From Sarcina sp. (lineage in GTDB: Bacteria; Bacillota; Clostridia; Clostridiales; Clostridiaceae), in contig JBOGAY010000165.1 of assembly GCA_051655925.1 (NCBI GenBank), positions 2,445 to 26,444 on the forward strand: a DNA stretch of 24,000 nucleotides, given 5' to 3'. Below are positions 15,941 through 22,713 of the stretch, piece by piece. The translations under genes and the position numbers were made by a program. The notes under the pieces are model-generated. The model saw nothing but the letters and a program-made list of their open reading frames with translations, had not been told where the DNA came from and did not search any database. Position 1 is the stretch's first letter, and each line of letters starts with the position of its first letter.

Positions 15941-16900
15941 CTAATCAAATGTTACTGGTGAATGTATTCTTTTTTTATATGCATCAAGCCACTCTTTTGT
16001 TGCTTTTTCATAAGTTGTTATACCATCTATTTGCTTACACACATAAACTGTCGGCTTATGTGAATCTGTTGCTACTGAAAATGAAAAGCCATCTATGTTA
16101 GTAGACACTCCAAACTCACCTTTATTATTCATTGCTATAACAGAAATATCTCCTGCTTTGCCTCTTCTTCTTTTTAAACTTTCATTCAAATCATAAACTG
16201 CTCTGTCAGTAGCTTGTTGTGGTGTTAACCCATCCTTCATAAGCCTTACTATTTCATAAGAAATACAGCCTTTCATTAAATCCTCTCCAAGCCCTGTTGC
16301 TGATGCTCCACCAACTTCACTATCAACATAGAATCCTGAACCTGAAAGTGGTGAATCTCCAACTCTTCCTCTTTTTTTCATAAACAATCCACTTGTTGAA
16401 GTTCCTGCAACCATTTTATTATTCTTATCAAGTGCTACCATTCCAACTGTATCATGACCGTCATATGGACTAAGACCTTTTTCTTCTATATCTTTTTTCT
16501 TCTTTTTATAAAAGTCTACAGCTCTATCTGTAAGCATTGTTTGTCTTTCAAACCCTTCTTTATCTGCATACTCCTGTGCACCTTGTCCTATTAAGAAGCA
16601 ATTGAATCTATCATTACTAAGCTTTCTAGCTATACTTATAGGATTTTTAAAATCTTTAACTCCTGCAATTGCTCCTATTGAAAAAGTATTTCCATCCATA
16701 TAAGCAGCATCAAGTTCTACTTCACAATGTTCATTAGGAAGTCCACCATACCCAACTGACTTGTAATACGGAAAATCTTCTACCATTTTAATTGCTTTTT
16801 CCACTGAATCACCTGCAAATACTCCATCTTCCAAATCTTTTGCAGCTTCTGTTATTCCTTCAACTGCCATTCTCCATGTTGCTATAATTCCCCAACTCAT
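15941..16900 (-). CDS. Ntn-hydrolase of the asparaginase-2 family (isoaspartyl peptidase/L-asparaginase or glycosylasparaginase)
   Basis: Autoprocessing/nucleophile motif ...GHDTVGMVALD..., plus GSGFYVD and GLGEDLM motifs. GGAGGG RBS. Bracketed by its own promoter and terminator, so monocistronic. Confidence 0.85.
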   Translation of the reverse strand: MSWGIIATWRMAVEGITEAAKDLEDGVFAGDSVEKAIKMVEDFPYYKSVGYGGLPNEHCEVELDAAYMDGNTFSIGAIAGVKDFKNPISIARKLSNDRFNCFLIGQGAQEYADKEGFERQTMLTDRAVDFYKKKKKDIEEKGLSPYDGHDTVGMVALDKNNKMVAGTSTSGLFMKKRGRVGDSPLSGSGFYVDSEVGGASATGLGEDLMKGCISYEIVRLMKDGLTPQQATDRAVYDLNESLKRRRGKAGDISVIAMNNKGEFGVSTNIDGFSFSVATDSHKPTVYVCKQIDGITTYEKATKEWLDAYKKRIHSPVTFD

Positions 16901-16953
16901 ATATATAAACCCTCCATTAAATTCAAAAATTTAAACCTTTACTTAATTTATAA

Positions 16954-16969
16954 AGCAATATTTATGCCA
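16954..16969 (-). promoter_or_regulatory. Sigma-54 (-24/-12) promoter TGGCAT-N5-TTGCT
   Basis: The minus strand reads TTGGCATAAATATTGCTT with GG and GC at canonical spacing. It lies 54 nt upstream of the Ntn-hydrolase ATG and is the only intergenic TGGCA element in the window. A sigma-54 activator gene is divergent from it. Confidence 0.75.
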
Positions 16970-17009
16970 ACAAATAGAATTTGTCTGTAAGCTATGTTTT
17001 TAGAATTAG

Positions 17010-17119
17010 TAATACATTCTTAGAATTTTTCAACTACTAAACAAACACACTATTCTTTAAAATAATACATATAAAATTTTTTTCAAAATAATTAATACAC
17101 TATTTTAAAATTTTTAAAC
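17010..17119. promoter_or_regulatory. Three direct repeats (TAATACA-N6-9-AAWTTTTT-[CT]AA), candidate activator UAS
   Basis: TAATACATTCTTAGAATTTTTCAAC (17010-17034); TAATACATATAAAATTTTTTTCAAA (17063-17087); TAATACACTATTTTAAAATTTTTAAAC (17093-17119). All lie upstream of the -24/-12 element in the divergent intergenic region. Confidence 0.35.
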
Positions 17120-17130
17120 TTGGAGGTACT

Positions 17131-18699
17131 ATGCGAAGAATTGATTTGATTTTATCTACACTAAAGAAATTTGATGATGGATATGGAATGACAACTTCTG
17201 ACCTTGCAAAAAAACTTAATATAGAGCGTTCTAATGCTAGTAAAGATTTAAACATTCTTGCAAACCAAAAAAAAGTTTTCAAAACTAATTCACGACCAGT
17301 AAAATATTCTATTTACAACCCTTATGTCAATAGAAAACAAAATAATCTTAAAATAGATGCTATGGCAATGTTATACCCTTCACTTAAAGAAGCTATTACT
17401 CTATCTAAAACAGCTATTATGTATCCACCTAACGGAATGAATTCATTAATTATTGGAGATACAGGTGTTGGTAAATCAATGCTTGCCAAACTTATGCATG
17501 AATACTTTTGTACAGTAAAAAACAATATAATCCCTTTTGTACACTTTAACTGTTCTGACTATTCTACTAATCCACAACTTTTAGTATCTCAACTATTTGG
17601 AGTTAAAAAAGGGGCTTTTACAGGTGCAACTTCTGATAAAGCTGGACTTTTAGAAGAAGCTAATAATGGTATCATCTTTCTTGATGAAATTCATAATTTA
17701 TCTAACGAGGGACAGGAAATGCTCTTCCTCTATATAGATACAGGGCATTTTAGAAGACTTGGGGATGTTTCTGAAAAAAGAAGTTCATCTGCAATGATAA
17801 TTTGTGCAACTAACAAAGATATAAATACTAATCTTTTAGACACTTTCACAAGAAGAATTCCTATTAAAATCTCACTTCCTTCATTAGATGATAGAGGTAA
17901 TTTTGAAAGACTGACTTTAATAGAAACCTTCTTAAAAGATGAAAGCATAAAACTTGGTGAAAAAATTTATATATCAAAAAATGCCTTAAATGCTCTTATA
18001 TCATATAGCTGCAAGAATAATATAGGACAGCTAAAGAATGATATAACTTTAACAGTTGCTAATGCTTACTTTGAATATATGGTTCACAACAAAAAAATTC
18101 TTAGAATTAATACACCTGATTTACCACCACACATTAAAAATATTGATAATATTGATAATTTAAATGAAATTTTTGAAAAACTTGAGTTTTCAGAAGATTA
18201 TATATGTTATAGCTATACAACTGATATTTTAGGACATACTTACCTTAGAAATAAGAATAATTTACTTGAAGAGTTTTCTAATATGATTATTGATATTTAC
18301 AATAAAAACAAAAACCTTGATATAAAAATTCTAAATGAAATATCAAAACCATATATAGATAAATTGTATAAGAGTAAATTTAAATATAAGTACACTCTTA
18401 ATGAAAATGCTTTTAAGAAAATAATTGAAATGAGCAAAGACAAGCATACTTTATTTGAAAATACTGAATTTCTTGAAATATTTAGACTTCATATGGATAT
18501 GCTTTATGATAGAATAAATTTACTCAATATAGATATCAAAAAGACCTTAGATTTACTTAAACTTGAAAGCTTTAATATACTTTCATTTAACATAGAATCC
18601 ATAGTTGAAAGTATTGAAAACATTTATAATATCAACCTTTCAAAAGTTGAAATCCTATCTATATACACTATTATTTTGTCTCATTTAGAAGTATACTAA
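17131..18699 (+). CDS. Short LevR-type sigma-54-dependent transcriptional activator (wHTH + AAA+ + one PRD-like domain; 522 aa)
   Basis: Walker A GDTGVGKS. GAFTGA loop (17611-17628). Walker B IIFLDEIH. LevR-type TFTRRIPIKISLPSLDDR. A PRD-like C-terminal segment (…EIFRLHMDMLYDRI…). GGAGG RBS. Confidence 0.85.
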   Translation: MRRIDLILSTLKKFDDGYGMTTSDLAKKLNIERSNASKDLNILANQKKVFKTNSRPVKYSIYNPYVNRKQNNLKIDAMAMLYPSLKEAITLSKTAIMYPPNGMNSLIIGDTGVGKSMLAKLMHEYFCTVKNNIIPFVHFNCSDYSTNPQLLVSQLFGVKKGAFTGATSDKAGLLEEANNGIIFLDEIHNLSNEGQEMLFLYIDTGHFRRLGDVSEKRSSSAMIICATNKDINTNLLDTFTRRIPIKISLPSLDDRGNFERLTLIETFLKDESIKLGEKIYISKNALNALISYSCKNNIGQLKNDITLTVANAYFEYMVHNKKILRINTPDLPPHIKNIDNIDNLNEIFEKLEFSEDYICYSYTTDILGHTYLRNKNNLLEEFSNMIIDIYNKNKNLDIKILNEISKPYIDKLYKSKFKYKYTLNENAFKKIIEMSKDKHTLFENTEFLEIFRLHMDMLYDRINLLNIDIKKTLDLLKLESFNILSFNIESIVESIENIYNINLSKVEILSIYTIILSHLEVY

Positions 18700-18753
18700 A
18701 GTTAATAGGCTATAAACTTAATTTAGTCTATATCTTACACACTTCATATAAGT

Positions 18754-18802
18754 AAAAAGGTTAGTTTAAAAGAATTTTTTCTTTTAAACTAACCTTTTGT
18801 TT
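18754..18802. terminator. Bidirectional rho-independent terminator
   Basis: GGTTAGTTTAAAAGA (18759-18773) / TCTTTTAAACTAACC (18780-18794) form a perfect 15-bp stem flanked by A5 and T-runs. It lies between convergent genes. Confidence 0.8.
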
Positions 18803-19864
18803 TTACTTTATAGTTCTACAAAACTCAGTTATAAGTTTTACAGCACACATATAATCATGCTTATGAATTACAAGTCTATGTGAATGCATATATCTAGTAG
18901 GAATTGAAACTGTAAGAACTGGAATCCCGTCAAATGATTTATGAATATTGCAAGCATCTGTACCACCAGCCATCATAAAATCAACTTTATAATCTATCCC
19001 CTCACACTCACAAATTACTTTCATTCTCTCAACCATATCTTGATTTCCTATTGTAAGAGAATCCACCTTGGTTAAAACAACTCCACCACCAAGACCTTTT
19101 TTCTTATCATCAAGCGGTGTATCTTCTGAAGTTGTCACATCAATAGCTATAGCAAGGTCTGGCTTTATTTTATGAGTTACAGTTCTAGCTCCTCTTATTC
19201 CAACCTCTTCTTGGACTGTTCCTACTCCATATATATTAGCATCATGTCCTATTTTATTAAGCTTCTTTAAAACTTCAACTATGATTCCACAAGCCATTCT
19301 ATCATCAAATGCTTTACCCATAAGATAATTTTTATTATTCATAACCTCAAACTTTGTATTTGGTGTAACCATATCACCAATTGAAATTCCAAATTCTAAA
19401 ACCTCTTCCCTTGACTCAACACCAAGATCAAGGTATATCTTTGTATTATCAAGAACTTTCTCTTTTTCATCCTTACTCATTCCATGTGGTGCTCTTCCAA
19501 CAACAATACCTTTAAATTTTTCACCCTTTGAAGTTGTAATAACAAGTTCCTGAGAAACCAAAGCATGCACCCACCATCCCCCTATTGGAAGAAGTACTAA
19601 ATACCCATTTTCTAAAATTCCTCTAACTATAAATCCAACCTCATCCATATGACCTGTCATCATGATTTTAGGTGAACCCTCTTTGCCCTTCTTAAAGCCT
19701 ATAATAGAACCTAAATTATCATAAGAAATTTCATCAACATAATCTTCCATCTGACTTTTCATAACTCTACTGACCTCTTTTTCACACCCTGCAATTCCAT
19801 CAGCATCACAAAGATTAGCTAAAATACTCAAATCAATATAATCATCTTCAAACCTTGTTTTCAA
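18803..19864 (-). CDS. M42-family (TET/FrvX-type) aminopeptidase, catalytically intact
   Basis: All M42 metal/catalytic motifs are present: GHMDEVG, FDDRMA, VQEEVGIRGA, AIDVT, RYMHSH. The start is TTG just after GGGGGGAGGAGA. Confidence 0.85.
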   Translation of the reverse strand: MKTRFEDDYIDLSILANLCDADGIAGCEKEVSRVMKSQMEDYVDEISYDNLGSIIGFKKGKEGSPKIMMTGHMDEVGFIVRGILENGYLVLLPIGGWWVHALVSQELVITTSKGEKFKGIVVGRAPHGMSKDEKEKVLDNTKIYLDLGVESREEVLEFGISIGDMVTPNTKFEVMNNKNYLMGKAFDDRMACGIIVEVLKKLNKIGHDANIYGVGTVQEEVGIRGARTVTHKIKPDLAIAIDVTTSEDTPLDDKKKGLGGGVVLTKVDSLTIGNQDMVERMKVICECEGIDYKVDFMMAGGTDACNIHKSFDGIPVLTVSIPTRYMHSHRLVIHKHDYMCAVKLITEFCRTIK

Positions 19865-19875
19865 TCTCCTCCCCC

Positions 19876-20913
19876 CTATCTATTTTCTTCTTTAAACATT
19901 TGAATAGCGTCATTATTCAAACTTAAAATAAAATTTTCAACTGATTTTTTAAGATCCCTATAATCTTCAATATCCATAATCTCATTTGCAGTATTTAAAT
20001 TTCTCCCCAAAGTTCCTGCTTTAAGAACTGGACACCCCTCTAACATCTTATGAATCCAACCTGCATCACTACCTGAAGTTCCGCAGTAAAATTGTGATTT
20101 AATATTTTTCTCCTCACATACTTCTTTATACTTATTTAGAACAGCTCTGTTTGGCATCATTGATTTATCATAATAACAAAGAACTACCCCTTTACCTAGC
20201 TTTTCATCATTTTCAGCATTTTCCTCTAAAACTTCTAAAGTGATTGCAAGATCTGGTTTTATACTATAAGTTCCTGTAAGTGCACCTCTATTTCCAACTT
20301 TATTCTGTGATATTCCGGTAAAATATAAATCAAATTCAAGATCTACATCTTTCAAGCCTTCTAAAATTTCACATAAAACAGCACAACCCATTCTTCCACT
20401 CAATGCCTTTGCACTAACTCTTTTTCCCATAAGCTCTTTAAATTCACTATTTAAAATAATTTTATTACCTATATTAACACCATTTTCTATAACTTCATCC
20501 TTAGACGAACATCCTATATCTAAAAGCAAATCATTAACTTTTTTAATCTCTTTAACCTTGCTTGTAATAATACCTAAAACTTCCTGTGTATCATCTATTC
20601 CAAAAAGAACTCTAACTCTACTATTTAAAAGACTTTTAACATCATGATTTCCTATCTCTAAAAGTTTTATAAAACCATCTTGCGTAATTTCCTTAACAAG
20701 AAATCCAACCTCATCAAGATTTGTTCCAAGCATAACTCTCTTAGCATTTTGATTTTTGCTTTTTTTAATTCCCATAATCGAACCAAGGTTATCATACTTA
20801 ACTTCTAAATCATATTTTTCAAAGTGCTCTTTAAGTTTTTTTGAAACTTTTGCCTCATATCCTGAAAGCCCATCAATCTCTGAAAACTCTTTTAATAAAA
20901 CTAAATCTTCCAT
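19876..20913 (-). CDS. M42-family paralogue with degenerate active site (probable pseudo-peptidase subunit)
   Basis: Collinear with the neighbouring M42 gene, but the motifs read GTNLDEVG, ALSGRMG, SQNKVGNRGA, AITLEV, RNLNTAN. The track start (20922) is GTG inside the RBS GGGGTGA, so I use the ATG at 20913. Confidence 0.75.
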   Translation of the reverse strand: MEDLVLLKEFSEIDGLSGYEAKVSKKLKEHFEKYDLEVKYDNLGSIMGIKKSKNQNAKRVMLGTNLDEVGFLVKEITQDGFIKLLEIGNHDVKSLLNSRVRVLFGIDDTQEVLGIITSKVKEIKKVNDLLLDIGCSSKDEVIENGVNIGNKIILNSEFKELMGKRVSAKALSGRMGCAVLCEILEGLKDVDLEFDLYFTGISQNKVGNRGALTGTYSIKPDLAITLEVLEENAENDEKLGKGVVLCYYDKSMMPNRAVLNKYKEVCEEKNIKSQFYCGTSGSDAGWIHKMLEGCPVLKAGTLGRNLNTANEIMDIEDYRDLKKSVENFILSLNNDAIQMFKEENR

Positions 20914-20929
20914 ATCTTTCACCCCTTAA

Positions 20930-22051
20930 TTATTTAGCAAGTCTATAAATTGCACTCGCAAATATTTTTGTATTTAAAACTATATCTGAAAGTTCCATAT
21001 ATTCATTTGGATTATGTGAAATCCCTTTTTGCCCTGGGAAAGATGGCCCAAATGGTACTATCCCACTAATAGCCTTTGCATATGTCCCCCCTGTTGTTGT
21101 AACAGGTGTTCCATCAAGCCCTGTGTTTTCTTCATATGCTTTTTGCATCTGCCTAACCATAAAACAATCTTTTTCAAACTTAACTACCTCGTAATTTAAA
21201 TCTAAAACAAGCTTTACTCCCTCTGGCATTTTATCTTCAATTTTTTTTGTAATTTCATCAATTGTAAAAGCTGGTGTATAACTTATAACAAATGAAAACC
21301 CTAAATTATCATCATCATTTTCAAACTTAAAATTCCTAAGCTGTGTAATTCCAAACTCTTCATCCTCTACATCAAGACCAAACTTCTCACCTTTACTTGA
21401 ACTTTGTAGAAAATAATTAGTTATAAAATCAAAATATCCATTAAAAATATTTCTATCTCTATTATCTAAATCTGCTAAAAGTCTATAACAAGCTCGCCCT
21501 CTTTCCCCATAAACAACAGGATACTTACAATCTGGAGTAAATCCCATGATTGGTGGCTTTTCTTTAGTTAAGTAATATTCTAAATCCTTAAAACCACTTT
21601 CTTCATCAGTTCCAAAAACTATTCTTACTGGCTTTACTAGCTTTGCACCGCTCTCTTTTATCGCATACAAAGCATATAAAGCACTCATAATTGGTCCTTT
21701 ATTATCAAGAACACCTCTGCCAAAAATTTTCCCATCTTTTATAACACCAGAAAAAGGTTCATCACTCCACCCTTCTCCAGTTTCAACTACATCAAGATGT
21801 CCAAAAATCCCAACATAATCTTCCCCATCACCATACTGTGCATATCCCATATATCCATCTATATTCTTAGTTTTAAACCCTAACTTCTCTGCAATTTCAA
21901 GTGCTTTTAATAAAGCATTATTAACCTCTTCTCCAAAAGGCTTCCCATCCTTTGCTTCGCTCTCTAAGCTAGGAATTTGAACTAACTCCACAATTGAATT
22001 AAATAACTCATCTTTAAAACTATCTATTTTCTCATTGAAAACTTCTCTCAT
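20930..22051 (-). CDS. M20-family metallopeptidase (dipeptidase-like)
   Basis: GHLDVVETGEGW, GRGVLDNKG, GTDEESG and a C-terminal ...SHNPNEY... are M20 metal-ligand motifs. GGGAGGA RBS. Confidence 0.8.
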   Translation of the reverse strand: MREVFNEKIDSFKDELFNSIVELVQIPSLESEAKDGKPFGEEVNNALLKALEIAEKLGFKTKNIDGYMGYAQYGDGEDYVGIFGHLDVVETGEGWSDEPFSGVIKDGKIFGRGVLDNKGPIMSALYALYAIKESGAKLVKPVRIVFGTDEESGFKDLEYYLTKEKPPIMGFTPDCKYPVVYGERGRACYRLLADLDNRDRNIFNGYFDFITNYFLQSSSKGEKFGLDVEDEEFGITQLRNFKFENDDDNLGFSFVISYTPAFTIDEITKKIEDKMPEGVKLVLDLNYEVVKFEKDCFMVRQMQKAYEENTGLDGTPVTTTGGTYAKAISGIVPFGPSFPGQKGISHNPNEYMELSDIVLNTKIFASAIYRLAK

Positions 22052-22093
22052 AAAAAAATCCTCCCATTTACCTATTCACCCTTTATAAAACTT

Positions 22094-22102
22094 TTTATAT
22101 CA
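22094..22102 (-). promoter_or_regulatory. Candidate extended -10 (TGaTATAAA) for the peptidase genes
   Basis: The minus strand reads TGATATAAA ~45 nt upstream of the M20 ATG, just downstream of the terminator hairpin. Confidence 0.35.
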
Positions 22103-22122
22103 TATTTAAAATTAACCTCTTA

Positions 22123-22169
22123 ATAAAAAAGGCTTGCACAAGCTCTTTTAACTAAAGCATGTGCAAACC
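22123..22169 (-). terminator. Strong rho-independent terminator/attenuator between the GrdB-like gene and the peptidase genes
   Basis: The minus strand reads GGTTTGCACA-T-GCTTT-agttaaa-AGAGC-T-TGTGCAAGCC (15 bp with one U-U mismatch and wobble pairs), followed by TTTTTTATT. Confidence 0.65.
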
Positions 22170-22176
22170 TAATATA

Positions 22177-22698
22177 TTAATAACAAATTTTTTCTTTTAA
22201 ATCTTTACAATCCGCTTTATCATACATCTCTTTAGCTAAAACACATATATTATTTAAAGAATCACTCAATCCAATACCACCTTTTTTAGGCATTTTAACA
22301 ATATTGATTTTATCTTTAAATGCTGTGATTACATCTGAATTTTGCTCTGCCATAGCACAAAGAGCAGGAATATCTGTTTTAGAATTTATTTCTTCTGTTA
22401 AAACTGCACTCATTTTAGCAAATCCTTTATAATCATAAGCAGGTCCACAAACTACAACATCAGGCTTAATTTTATTTACCATAGCAACCATTTTTTGTTT
22501 AACCATATCTGTATTAGCATCAAAGAAAGCATCTCCACAATATAAAGTTGCACAAACTTTTCCTGATACTTTATTTAAAGCTGGCTCAAGCATTGAAGCT
22601 GAACCCATAGCAGTAGTTTTTCCACCAAGAGCTTGCATAGCATTCTCTTTTCCACCCATACCAGCCTGAATTTGATCAAAAATTAATAATACTTTCAT
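22177..22698 (-). CDS. Stand-alone homologue of the N-terminal domain of glycine/sarcosine/betaine reductase protein B (GrdB); 173 aa, function unknown
   Basis: QIQAGMGGKENA, ATLYCGDAFFDAN and KPDVVVCGPAYDYKGF parallel GrdB's QFFAGIGGEEKA, ATVICGDSYFNEN and EPDLFIAGPAFNAGRYG (GrdB sequence from memory). It ends at TAA, with no selenocysteine region. AGGAGGG RBS. Confidence 0.65.
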   Translation of the reverse strand: MKVLLIFDQIQAGMGGKENAMQALGGKTTAMGSASMLEPALNKVSGKVCATLYCGDAFFDANTDMVKQKMVAMVNKIKPDVVVCGPAYDYKGFAKMSAVLTEEINSKTDIPALCAMAEQNSDVITAFKDKINIVKMPKKGGIGLSDSLNNICVLAKEMYDKADCKDLKEKICY

Positions 22699-22713
22699 AA
22701 CGCCCTCCTAATT

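Noticed and set aside
17100-17948. Three minus-strand ORFs (17100-17282, 17322-17525, 17730-17948) inside or overlapping the sigma-54 activator gene
   Set aside because: All are antisense to a CDS with unambiguous AAA+/GAFTGA motifs. None has an RBS or a recognisable motif.
22177-22698. Selenocysteine read-through or truncated grdB pseudogene
   Set aside because: The ORF ends at TAA, not TGA. It is followed 8 nt later by a terminator hairpin. No GrdB-like sequence continues in any frame downstream.
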